Source: an uncultured Verrucomicrobia subdivision 3 bacterium (GTDB taxonomy: Bacteria; Verrucomicrobiota; Verrucomicrobiia; Limisphaerales; UBA11358). From it: a stretch of 64,000 bases of DNA. The notes under the pieces are model-generated. The model was not told where the DNA came from and did no database searches. It worked only from the letters and a program-made list of their open reading frames with translations. The stretch is taken from positions 3,994-67,993 of the forward strand of contig CAIOIC010000033.1 in NCBI GenBank assembly GCA_903858275.1, in the 5' to 3' direction. Made by a program: the position numbers and the translations under genes. Shown here piece after piece: positions 29,157 to 37,998 of the stretch. Position 1 is the first letter of the stretch. The number at the start of each line of letters is the position of its first letter.

Positions 29157-32100
29157 AAACGCTGCACGTTTGTCACGGAAGCCAGCAACGTGTGCGGCGA
29201 GAACGGCAACGCCGGGATATCCAACAACGTCTGCCACGAATTGCCCGGCGGAACCGACGGCGCAACTTCGATCTGATAATGCTGCCCAACTGCGCCCTGC
29301 AACTGGAGACTCACATTGCTGCCCGCCAAGTTGATGCTCAACGTGGGGGGCGCGGGATTCCAAACCAAGACGCGCACGAGAGCATCATCCGTAAACCCGG
29401 TCGAATCGGTGACGCGAGCGGAGAAGAGATTACTCCCCGCATCGAGGTTGGAAGGAACACCGGAAAGCGTGCCGCCGGGCGCGACGCTGAGCCAGGCCGG
29501 TCCGCTGAGTTTGGTGAACGCGAGAAACTCATTGGCATTCGTATCGATCACATCACCCGCCAGCGAGGCGGCATACGCGGAACCCGGAATCGCCACCGCT
29601 TTCGTCAAAGGGTCACTCGTAAAGCGCGGCGGCGAGAAACCCGCGAACGGTTGCACGAGATTGGCCGCGCTCATGAGATTGGTTGAACCGAACGGCGCCG
29701 GTCCCTGCCAGGCGACGGCAAGATTATCACCCCCGCCCCCTTCCTTGTGCAGCGTTTCAAGGTAACAGGCCTGCCCCGCCACAAGCGGGATCAAGGCGGA
29801 CTGCTGCGAGGCATATTTTGTCCACTCGCGCGGCGCCGACCAACTTGTCTGATACGCGATGATGGTTTTGTCCGCCGCGTTGCGATTCGGGCTGAACCAA
29901 AGTTCGCCGCCATCGTTCGCCGCGATCCAGAACCGGTAATCACCATTCGCCGGCGCCACGAATTGCGCACGGACGCGCGAGCCGTAGCTGTCCGCGTAAT
30001 TGGTGCGCAGCTCGAACGGGCTATTGGTGTAATACTTGACCGTGGGATTATTCGGAAAATTGGTGTGATCCGTGAGGTCCGTCACAGCTTTACCGCTCCC
30101 GATGTTATTCCAATATTCAACCAACAAGTTACCCGTGGGAACATTGGTGTTCACCACTTCGACAAACACCCTGGCACCACCGCTGCCGCCAACCGTGGAG
30201 GTCACTGAGTAAGTAAAGCTGTCATTGCCGACGTAACCCGCCGATGGCGTGTAATTAACGGAGCCATCACTATTGGCGACCACCGCTCCGTGCGCCGGCT
30301 GCGTGACATCCGCGAGGAGCAGCGGTCCGCCTTCGAGCCGCGAATCGTTGGCCAGCACATCCAGCCGCCGGGCCGCATCGCGAAAGGTCCAGCACGTGTC
30401 GTTCTTCGGCGCCAGCAAGCTGGTGACCACATTGGTCACGACGCCGTTGGTGTTCACCTCCAATTGATACGACTGGCCCTCGACGGAAATGCGCCGGATG
30501 TAACCGCGATCATCCCGCTCCAGATCGGCGAAGTGATTGAACCAGTTCACTGACGTGGGGACGGTGTTGGTCGTTTTGGTCTCGACCAGGTTCACGCGGT
30601 TCATCCCGGCGGAAAGGAAGTCGATGAAAGTCACGACCTCGTTGATGTTCGCCTTCAGCGGACCGAGGCCAGGACCGCTCGCACGCCGGAAGCGATCAGC
30701 GGCGCCAATCAAGCGCCCGAGGCCGTTGGCCCAGTGATGATTGGCCTGCGTCGCCAGCGATTCCTGCGGGGCGCCCATGAACCAATCGATGCCGCCGCGC
30801 ATGAACGACGTATTCCGGAATGGCGCTCCGACGCCCACGGCCCAATGGTTCGACCACGCGGCGTCCCAGGTTGCATTCGTGCCGTCCCAATATCCCTTCG
30901 TGAGAAAATTGGTCTTGGTCAGATTCCAATCCCACCAACCGTTGGTGCCCGCAATGACGTCAGGACCGGCGGCGGTACACAGCGTGAGCCCCCAGCGTTT
31001 GCTTAAATCCGCGTTCGCCCGGGAGTTCACATAACCATCGAGCGAATGCGTCACCTCATGCCCCATGACGAAGGTGAAATAATCGCCGCTCGCGGACCCG
31101 GGCCCGAGAACTTTTTCAATGGCTGTCGTCAAATCCCCGGCCCACTCGTTCGCCAAGCCGACCGCCCAATCGCCAAACGTGTTCTTCGTGCTGTTCGGCG
31201 TCCAGATGAAGCCGCCGCGGCCATCGCCATAAAGCTGGTCGGTTGAAATGATGGCGTCGGGGAACAGTTCGCGCGGGTGACGCCGCTGAAAGTCGCGGAT
31301 GGTGCCGTAGGCGGCGGAAATCGACTTGCCGTTATCGCCGAGCGCAAGGCCCGTCTCGAGGAAGATCGTCCGCATCGTGTTGGTGAGCCCCATCACTTCG
31401 GCGATGTTCGTCCGGCGGGTGGGCGTATCGGCGAGCGCGTATTCGAGCATCACCCAGTTCTGCAAAGCGATGCCGGGGACATGGTGGTAGAAGTTGGTAT
31501 CGAGCGTCTGATATTTCAGGAACGGATATTTCGCGATGTGATTGGTGAGCGCAGTGTAAAGGGCTTCGCGCGTGCCAAGCGTGCCGTTCTGGAGGCGGGA
31601 GACGAGATTCAAGTTCGCGTTGTTGACCACATTGAGCAGGGCGTTGGTGTTGATACTCAAGGCCGGCCCCACGTTGGCGAGGTTCGCATCGTAGATAGCT
31701 TCGATCTCGGCCAGACTATCGCCGACGCTCTTCAGCGTGCCGCGCATGAGGAAGAGATTGCCCGCCGCCCCGCCCTGCCCGCCCATCACCAAGTCCAATT
31801 TTCCATCACCGTCAAAATCACCAAAGTCCGGCACCGGCCCATCGGTGAAACCCTGCAGTCCCGGACTGACACCGGTCGAATCGGTGATGGTGAACGCGCT
31901 TGAATTGCCCAGCCCGCGAGTGCCCGCATCACACCAATAAACAATGTTGCCCCAGTTGATGCCGCGCAGCAGGTCCACCAAGCCGTTGCCGTTCAGATCA
32001 AACAGGCGCGGGTAGAGCTGATACGAACCGGAGAATAAAGTCGTGCCGGTGCTGAACCGCGGATCGGCTGCCGTGCCGCTGTTCAGAAACAACTGCACGT

Positions 32101-33619
32101 TGCCGCTGAAGGTTCCCGTGACCAGATCGGGGCAGCCATCGCCATCCCAGTCACCGACATCAAACCGCCGGTCGGCGAGAATGAAGTCCGTGCCGTTCGT
32201 GTGCTTGACGAAAACGGCAGCGGCATACACCGGCGCGGCATTCGACGCGGCCGTGTTGCGATACACGCGCAACTTATTGGCCGAATCCGACAGCACCAAA
32301 TCCTTCACGCCGTCCCCGGTCATGTCCAACAGTGCGATCGGCGAACTGCCGGTCGAACCGGCGTACACGTCCACGCCCGCCGCCTGCACTTTCACGCCCG
32401 CCGCAAAGGCGGGCATGTTCACCGTGCCGATATTGGTGTAGAGCCACACATAGCCGCCAGCACCGATGAGCAGGTCGAGTTTGCCGTCATTGTTCCAATC
32501 GATCACCCGTGGCACGCGAATGCCACTGAAGGAGATATTCGTGCCGCCCGCCTGAAGCGCGGCAAAATCGGTGAACTGCGTGACCGGCACACCACCACCA
32601 CCCGGCGGTTCGCTCATCACCGTGACATTCATGTTCGCCCGGTGAAAGCCGCCCTGCCCGTCCTCGACCGCCACCGCAAAACCATCGTTGCCGATGAAGC
32701 CGGGGTTGGCGGTGTAATTGAAAGAGCCATCGCCATTGTGTGTGACCGCGCCATGCGACGGCTGGGTCCAACTCCGGACGGAGACGGGGTCCATTTCCAC
32801 ATCGTAAGTGCGGGAGAAAATGCTCTTCGTGCTGAAGGCCCGGTCATTCACCCCCTCGGTGGTGAGATCCCAGCACTTCGGCGCGTGATTGGAGCGCAGC
32901 GTGGCGACCTCGGCCCCGGTGATCACCCGATTGAAAACATAAACCTGATCCAAGCGTCCTTGAAAATACTTCGGACTGACGCCGTTCTCGATCCGGGCGA
33001 GACTGGTGAAAGCCCCGCTGCGCAGACCACTCGCGCCCGTCGCGGTGGCGGACAACACCCCGTCGAGATAAACCTGCCCCACGCCGCTGGCACTATCGCG
33101 CGTCACCACCACATGATGCCATTGGCCGTCGCTAACGGCGCTCGTCGACCGGGCCACGAGCGTGTTGTCCACCGACAATCCGATGCGTCCCGTGTCATCA
33201 ATCCAACCCCACTGCGCGCCGCCCGCCCCCACCACACCGGCAATGCCTGGTGCGGTAGCGGCAGAGACAGCGCCGATCTGCGTGGTGCGCAGCCAGAAGG
33301 AAAGCGAGGCCGTGCCGCCCAAAGTGGACGCGAGGTTTGTCGCGACAAAGAGATGCTCATTCACCCCGTCGAAATCAAGGGCCGTGAACTGCCGGCCGGA
33401 AACCCAGTTCGCACTACCCATATTCTGCAGCGCGGCAGACGCACCGCCGACGCTGTCGACGGCCACAGTATTGGTGCAGACGGATTGAAAGACGGCGTCA
33501 TGCCAGTCGGGGCCCTCATCGAAATTCCAATGGTGAACCAAGCCGCTGGTGACCGCGGCGTTCGTGGCAGCGGCCAAGGCCATGAACAGGGAAAAAGGGA
33601 ACAAGTATCGATGGCGCAT
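29132..33619 (-). CDS. Giant secreted multidomain protein: LamG, Ig-like, FG-GAP/VCBS repeats, HExxH zincin-like region, PA14, He_PIG-like Ig
   Basis: ORF track 29132..33655 (TTG); ATG at 33619 gives MRHRYLFPFSLFMALAAATNA. LamG-like ('LSFWLRT', 'DGQWHHVVVTRD', 'GRLDQVYVFNRV'). FG-GAP ('DWNNDGKLDLLIG', 'DWDGDGCPDLVTG', 'DFDGDGKLDLVMG'). 'VMGHEVTHSLDG' lies at nt 31046-31060. PA14-like ('LLVEYWNNIGSGKAV...YRFWIAANDGGELWFS'). Confidence 0.85.
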   Translation of the reverse strand: MRHRYLFPFSLFMALAAATNAAVTSGLVHHWNFDEGPDWHDAVFQSVCTNTVAVDSVGGASAALQNMGSANWVSGRQFTALDFDGVNEHLFVATNLASTLGGTASLSFWLRTTQIGAVSAATAPGIAGVVGAGGAQWGWIDDTGRIGLSVDNTLVARSTSAVSDGQWHHVVVTRDSASGVGQVYLDGVLSATATGASGLRSGAFTSLARIENGVSPKYFQGRLDQVYVFNRVITGAEVATLRSNHAPKCWDLTTEGVNDRAFSTKSIFSRTYDVEMDPVSVRSWTQPSHGAVTHNGDGSFNYTANPGFIGNDGFAVAVEDGQGGFHRANMNVTVMSEPPGGGGVPVTQFTDFAALQAGGTNISFSGIRVPRVIDWNNDGKLDLLIGAGGYVWLYTNIGTVNMPAFAAGVKVQAAGVDVYAGSTGSSPIALLDMTGDGVKDLVLSDSANKLRVYRNTAASNAAPVYAAAVFVKHTNGTDFILADRRFDVGDWDGDGCPDLVTGTFSGNVQLFLNSGTAADPRFSTGTTLFSGSYQLYPRLFDLNGNGLVDLLRGINWGNIVYWCDAGTRGLGNSSAFTITDSTGVSPGLQGFTDGPVPDFGDFDGDGKLDLVMGGQGGAAGNLFLMRGTLKSVGDSLAEIEAIYDANLANVGPALSINTNALLNVVNNANLNLVSRLQNGTLGTREALYTALTNHIAKYPFLKYQTLDTNFYHHVPGIALQNWVMLEYALADTPTRRTNIAEVMGLTNTMRTIFLETGLALGDNGKSISAAYGTIRDFQRRHPRELFPDAIISTDQLYGDGRGGFIWTPNSTKNTFGDWAVGLANEWAGDLTTAIEKVLGPGSASGDYFTFVMGHEVTHSLDGYVNSRANADLSKRWGLTLCTAAGPDVIAGTNGWWDWNLTKTNFLTKGYWDGTNATWDAAWSNHWAVGVGAPFRNTSFMRGGIDWFMGAPQESLATQANHHWANGLGRLIGAADRFRRASGPGLGPLKANINEVVTFIDFLSAGMNRVNLVETKTTNTVPTSVNWFNHFADLERDDRGYIRRISVEGQSYQLEVNTNGVVTNVVTSLLAPKNDTCWTFRDAARRLDVLANDSRLEGGPLLLADVTQPAHGAVVANSDGSVNYTPSAGYVGNDSFTYSVTSTVGGSGGARVFVEVVNTNVPTGNLLVEYWNNIGSGKAVTDLTDHTNFPNNPTVKYYTNSPFELRTNYADSYGSRVRAQFVAPANGDYRFWIAANDGGELWFSPNRNAADKTIIAYQTSWSAPREWTKYASQQSALIPLVAGQACYLETLHKEGGGGDNLAVAWQGPAPFGSTNLMSAANLVQPFAGFSPPRFTSDPLTKAVAIPGSAYAASLAGDVIDTNANEFLAFTKLSGPAWLSVAPGGTLSGVPSNLDAGSNLFSARVTDSTGFTDDALVRVLVWNPAPPTLSINLAGSNVSLQLQGAVGQHYQIEVAPSVPPGNSWQTLLDIPALPFSPHTLLASVTNVQRFYRAVGLP

Positions 33620-33671
33620 GTTAGGAAAGTCGGTTAATAGAAACAGATTAGTCAAAACTTCACAGTTATAA

Positions 33672-33740
33672 ACTGACAGGAAGCTGCTTTTCCTGCGGGC
33701 TCACATACTGGACGCGGCGCCGGTGATCGATAAATTGATT
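33672..33740 (-). repeat. Conserved upstream element, copy A (short form), 5' of the giant gene
   Basis: Minus strand reads AATCAATTTATCGATCACCGGCGCCGCGTCCAGTATGTGAGCCCGCAGGAAAAGCAGCTTCCTGTCAGTT, which aligns by eye with copies B and C. It overlaps the last ~13 codons and the stop of the 33701..35290 gene. Confidence 0.8.
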
Positions 33741-35290
33741 ACGGCTCTGCCAAGCGTTTCTTTGCCCGGATTAAAAAGGTTAGCCCCATTTATGACAACA
33801 GATTCTTTGGTCCAGGCAGTATAATACATGGCATAATTTCCATCGGGCTGAAGTAGAAAACACAACGGTGTCCGCAAGGTGTGCCACCATTTTCCGGGAT
33901 AGTTCCAAAGATTGGTGTAAGTCACTTTTCCCCAGTGAATTCCATCACAAGACATAAAGACGGATATTCCACGGGGAGTTTTCATGAATCCATAATCACC
34001 GCCATCCGCCAGTGCAATATAGTTTCCATCTTCGAGACGTTGAACTATGGGATTTTCCGTTTGAAGTTCTGACCCTGTTTCGACTGGATTTAATTCGGAA
34101 ACTCTTTTCCAAGGCCCGGTCATACCAGTCACCGATCGTGCCAGTCCAATTCGGATTCCCTTTTTCCCCGGGCTTCCATAAAAAGCATAAAAAGTGTCCC
34201 CATTGACCTGGTAATGGTGCCACGAATTTATTCTGTTGCCTTCCCAGTGATCTGATGGCTGAGGATCTCCGGGTTTTCCCAACTTGATCATCACTTCCGA
34301 ATCCCGGTAGGGTCCCTCAATTCCATCATATCCTGCCAGCAACGAAACCGCACGGACAACCCTTTCGTTGGCATAATAATATAGATTCCACTTTCCTTCT
34401 TTTTCATTGTAGCAGGGCTGGGGACACCATTTTTGAGTCATTGGTTTTAATTTTGCTTTGCCATAGCCATCATCGTAAGGCCAGTAAGGTGCATAAAGTC
34501 TTTTCATCCCCGGGTCGGGTGTGATGGTAGCCACGCGCTCCCATTTTGTTCCTTCCTCACTTTTGTATAAGGCCAGCACCTGTTCGGCACCTGAAAGAAT
34601 ATCGCAATCGGTTATTTCATGAGTTACCATACGGTAGCCATTTTTATATCTGATAACATTTCCCCCTTCGAATCCGCATCTGGCGCCTACACTTTCAAGG
34701 TAAGTTGAGTCGACAAGCGGTTTATTATCAACCGAAACAGTTGTTAAAGTGTAGGTAGATACCGCAAGGCATGAAAAGGCGTCACAAGTAATTCCTGTTC
34801 CTTTGCCCGCAGGATTCCGGGTGCCTTTAACGCTTAATTTCAGCAGATGTTTGCCATCTTTCAAACTATCGGATTCAAAAAGAAGTGCATTAAACATCGT
34901 TTCCGTGCTGAAGCAATCAACAGTACCTTTGGGGACGCCGTCAATAGTTACCTGCATTTCACCCATGTCAACACCCTTACTCCCGAAGCACCTAACTTTG
35001 AAGCCATTAAAAGCAAAGCTTACCTCCGAATTCTTGCTGGTGCTTACACTTTGAGAACCTTTAAAGCATTTCTCGTTTTTATTGGTTATCCATTTTCCAG
35101 TGTAGGAAACAGATGCATCTGAATTGTCATATTTACTCCAAAGCGGCTGGGGTGATGAAGTCTGGCCAAATCCATCTTTGGAAAAAAAGAAAGATGCGCC
35201 TATCAATATTTGCAAGAGGGAAAACAATTTGTGAAAAACTGTTTTCCGGAAGTATACTTCCAGGTATAAAAACTTAGCTGTTTGGTTCAT
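33701..35290 (-). CDS. Secreted CBM-like plus beta-propeller-like (GH43/GH32-clan-like) protein, A+T-rich gene
   Basis: 529-aa ORF with signal-like 'LFSLLQILIGASFFFS'. The N-terminal lectin/CBM-like module ('VSFAFNGFKVRCFGSKG..MQVTIDG...LKLSVKG') is followed by propeller-like repeats. Composition is visibly A+T-richer than the neighbours. Confidence 0.65.
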   Translation of the reverse strand: MNQTAKFLYLEVYFRKTVFHKLFSLLQILIGASFFFSKDGFGQTSSPQPLWSKYDNSDASVSYTGKWITNKNEKCFKGSQSVSTSKNSEVSFAFNGFKVRCFGSKGVDMGEMQVTIDGVPKGTVDCFSTETMFNALLFESDSLKDGKHLLKLSVKGTRNPAGKGTGITCDAFSCLAVSTYTLTTVSVDNKPLVDSTYLESVGARCGFEGGNVIRYKNGYRMVTHEITDCDILSGAEQVLALYKSEEGTKWERVATITPDPGMKRLYAPYWPYDDGYGKAKLKPMTQKWCPQPCYNEKEGKWNLYYYANERVVRAVSLLAGYDGIEGPYRDSEVMIKLGKPGDPQPSDHWEGNRINSWHHYQVNGDTFYAFYGSPGKKGIRIGLARSVTGMTGPWKRVSELNPVETGSELQTENPIVQRLEDGNYIALADGGDYGFMKTPRGISVFMSCDGIHWGKVTYTNLWNYPGKWWHTLRTPLCFLLQPDGNYAMYYTAWTKESVVINGANLFNPGKETLGRAVINLSITGAASSM

Positions 35291-35310
35291 AATCTTTCCC
35301 GTTTAATTTA

Positions 35311-35464
35311 ACTGATAGGAAATTGTTTTTCATGCGGGCTCATATACCGGACGCGGCGCGGGTGAGGGGAAATTGATTTTTGCTTTTTTTATCATCAAGC
35401 CGACGTGCCAATCCAAGCGGGGGCGGGAAAATAAAAGCTGAAAGGCTGAGACTTGAGACCTGAA
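35311..35464 (-). repeat. Conserved upstream element, copy B (long form), 5' of the 33701..35290 gene
   Basis: Near-identical by eye to copy C over about 105 nt (GGCACGTCGGCTTGATGATAAAAAAAGCAAAAATCAATTTCCCCTCACCCGCGCCGCGTCCGGTATATGAGCCCGCATGAAAAACAATTTCC on the minus strand), plus a distal GCTGAAAGGCTGAGACTTGAGACCTGAA block. Confidence 0.85.
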
Positions 35465-35524
35465 TCGACCGGATGGCGGGCGGCATAGGGAACATTCAAC
35501 ATCCAACATTCAAAAACTTACCCA

Positions 35525-37900
35525 TCACCGCAATTCAATCACCTTCACGTCTTCAGCACCCAGCGTCAAGGTGGTCGCACGATTTTTCCATTCGATGATC
35601 GCGCCCGAGATGAGTTCGCGCCCCGGCGCGGGCGGCGCCTCCTCGAGGGTCAGGGTGGCGGTGCGCGGCCCGGCGCTGTCGTTGAACACGGTCAGATATT
35701 TTTCGCCGAAACGTTCGACGCGAATTTTTTTATCGCCGGTCTTCGCGCGCGTGACGGGTTCCCAGCCAGCCTCGGCGACAAGCTGGCAGAGCGGGACATA
35801 TTTTTTGAACAAATCCCGGTCGCGCTCATAGAACTCGGGTCGCGTGAAATACGCGCCGCTGGAGGCATCTGCGCTGAAGAAGCCGGGGAACATGCCGAAG
35901 GCGAGGGAGCGGCGCATATATTTTTCGACGTGCTCGTGCGTGAACCTGCCGAAGTCGGTGTTCATCAGGAAGCAGTAGGGTTTGCCGCGGCAGAGCGCGC
36001 GGCGGTAAAGGAGTTCGTCGGCACCCATCGGACGCCACTGGCCGCCGCGGTTCCAGTCGGTCTCGGTGCCGAGCACGTCGAACTGCGGCGCGAGCCAGCA
36101 GAGGCTGCCGGGGGTCGAGTTGGCCATCATCAGTTTGCCCATGCCATGCGTGTCGCGGGCGAGCGCGCGGACATACTCGAAGGCCATCAGCCCGCGGAAC
36201 AGCGCCGGCTGGTGCGAACCCGGCGAGAACGTCAGCGGCGTCTGCGCGACAGCAAAGTGGTCGCGACGGAAATTCAGCACGTCGGTCACATAGCATTCGG
36301 CCGAGTCCACATACTCGCCATCGAGGTCGCCCTTGCGCGCCGCGCCGTAGAGCTGCTCCCGCTGCCGCGCGCCCCACTTCTGCGTGAAATCGGTGACCTC
36401 GCCCGCGACGCCCGGCATCGAATTCATGCTCCACACAGCGCCATCGCACCACGGCGTATCGAGCAGCCGCGCGGGCGCGCGGCCGGACTCGTCGCGAAAG
36501 CCGCTCGCGAGGAACGCGCGCGCCGCCGGGTTACCTTGCGCCGCAAGCCGCTCCGCCTCGGCCTGGGCGGCGTCGAGCGTGCGCGGCTTATCCCCGGGCA
36601 TCTTCATCCACCACGTCATCGGCTCGGTGTAGCGGAAGGTCAGGATGTCGTGCGCGTCGTCCCACATCGTCTCGTCGTTGCCTTCCTTGAAACGGAAGCC
36701 GAAATCCTCCCACCGGGCCACCTTGCTGATCTTCGCGAATGGCATCCACAAGCCCTGCCGAGCCACGCGGCGTTGGAACTGGCCGGGGAAAAGTTCGTAG
36801 AACCGCGCCAGCGCCGACCGGAATTCCCAGGCAGGGTCGAACGCGAAGGTGCAGAAGCGCAGCTGCGCGGCCGGCTGCTCCGGCGTCAGGCCGAGATCGA
36901 ACGCGAGGAACAGCTCGTGCGTGCCGGCGTTGTAGCCCGCGCGGAAGAACGCTGGTTGTTCCATATCAATGCCGAGCGCCGTGCCCCGCCGGCCGTCGCT
37001 AATCGCGGCGAACGGCCAGCGCGAGAGCCGCCCCATGCCGGCGGGTGTGCCGTGGGTCACCATGTATTCGCGGCCCAGCACCGTCGTTTCGCCCTGGTCC
37101 GGCCCCGCGAGCCAGCGCCAGCCTTCGCCGGAAATCGGCACGGAATAAATCAGCGTCACCGCGCGATCTTTGCCCGTCAGGTTGCGCAGCGTCGCCTCGA
37201 TGAATCCGCCCCGCCGCCGGGTTTCGAGCGTCAACCCGAGCGCCTCGCGGTCGAGGCGGACGAAATCGGAACCGGCGGCGACGTCGCGAACCTGAAAACC
37301 CGCGGCCGGCGCAATTTTCACCATCACCGGCACGCCATCGAATACGCACGCGCCGGCGGGCGCCTCGACGGTGCGCAGCCCAGCGGCCCGGAATTCCGCA
37401 CGCCCGCCGTGGCCGCGCAGCAGGAGATAAAACGAAATCGACTTCACCGGCTTCTCCGGCAGCACGATCACCTCGCGCCGCTGCCAGTCGTGCGTGCCAA
37501 CGTCGAAGTCGGCGGTCTGGCCCCAGAGCTGCGAACCATCGGCATAAACGAGATCGAGGTAGAGGGCGTAGTTGCTATCGCGCCCGCCGGTGACGCCGAC
37601 CGCGCGGCTCCACGCCGAGGCGATGATCGGCTGCGGCGCGGTCTGATTCAGCGTGATGCGCTGCACCACACCGCGTTTCGCCTTCGCATCGCCGGCGTTG
37701 TCGCAGACCCAGACGCCGGCACGGGTTTCAAACCCGCTTTCATAAGCGCGCCAGGCGGAAGCGCTGATCAAATCCGCCACGCCCGTCCGCGCCGCGAGCG
37801 CCGCCTTGACGACCTCGGCGCGGGCGGAAGCCAGCGACAACAACAAGGCGGCAATAAATCCAAGATGGATTTTCATTACTGATGGGAATTTGTTTTTCAT
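35525..37900 (-). CDS. Large secreted protein of unknown function
   Basis: 791-aa ORF. The ATG at 37900 lies inside repeat copy C, and an alternative ATG at 37876 gives MKIHLGFIAALLLSLASARA (signal-like). No motif I can name. The 650-aa plus-strand ORF opposite is a G+C-rich shadow. Confidence 0.7.
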   Translation of the reverse strand: MKNKFPSVMKIHLGFIAALLLSLASARAEVVKAALAARTGVADLISASAWRAYESGFETRAGVWVCDNAGDAKAKRGVVQRITLNQTAPQPIIASAWSRAVGVTGGRDSNYALYLDLVYADGSQLWGQTADFDVGTHDWQRREVIVLPEKPVKSISFYLLLRGHGGRAEFRAAGLRTVEAPAGACVFDGVPVMVKIAPAAGFQVRDVAAGSDFVRLDREALGLTLETRRRGGFIEATLRNLTGKDRAVTLIYSVPISGEGWRWLAGPDQGETTVLGREYMVTHGTPAGMGRLSRWPFAAISDGRRGTALGIDMEQPAFFRAGYNAGTHELFLAFDLGLTPEQPAAQLRFCTFAFDPAWEFRSALARFYELFPGQFQRRVARQGLWMPFAKISKVARWEDFGFRFKEGNDETMWDDAHDILTFRYTEPMTWWMKMPGDKPRTLDAAQAEAERLAAQGNPAARAFLASGFRDESGRAPARLLDTPWCDGAVWSMNSMPGVAGEVTDFTQKWGARQREQLYGAARKGDLDGEYVDSAECYVTDVLNFRRDHFAVAQTPLTFSPGSHQPALFRGLMAFEYVRALARDTHGMGKLMMANSTPGSLCWLAPQFDVLGTETDWNRGGQWRPMGADELLYRRALCRGKPYCFLMNTDFGRFTHEHVEKYMRRSLAFGMFPGFFSADASSGAYFTRPEFYERDRDLFKKYVPLCQLVAEAGWEPVTRAKTGDKKIRVERFGEKYLTVFNDSAGPRTATLTLEEAPPAPGRELISGAIIEWKNRATTLTLGAEDVKVIELR

Positions 37901-37984
37901 GCGGGCTCATATACTAGACGCTGCGCGGGTGAGGGGAAATTGATTTTTGCCTTTTTTATCACCAAGCCAACGTGCCAACACGGG
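37878..37984 (-). repeat. Conserved upstream element, copy C (proximal part; the distal part is at 38924..38951 beyond the IS)
   Basis: Aligns with copy B. The GCTGAAACGCTGAGACTTGAGACCTGAA block that follows directly in copy B is found at 38924-38951 on the other side of the IS630-like insertion. Confidence 0.8.
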
Positions 37985-37998
37985 TAGCAGCTATCAAC

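Noticed and set aside
35385-35412. Sigma-54 promoter (TTGGCACGTCGGCTTGAT; also TTGGCACGTTGGCTTGGT at 37957-37978) inside the conserved upstream element
   Set aside because: The TGGCAC half matches, but the GG-N10-GC spacing fails: the TTG lies one position too far and no GC is at the -12 position.
35930-37882. 650-aa plus-strand ORF
   Set aside because: It is an Arg/Ala/Gly-rich shadow ORF antisense to the 791-aa gene in very G+C-rich DNA, with no motifs. The same reasoning applies to 32201..33637 and 31277..31903 opposite the giant gene.
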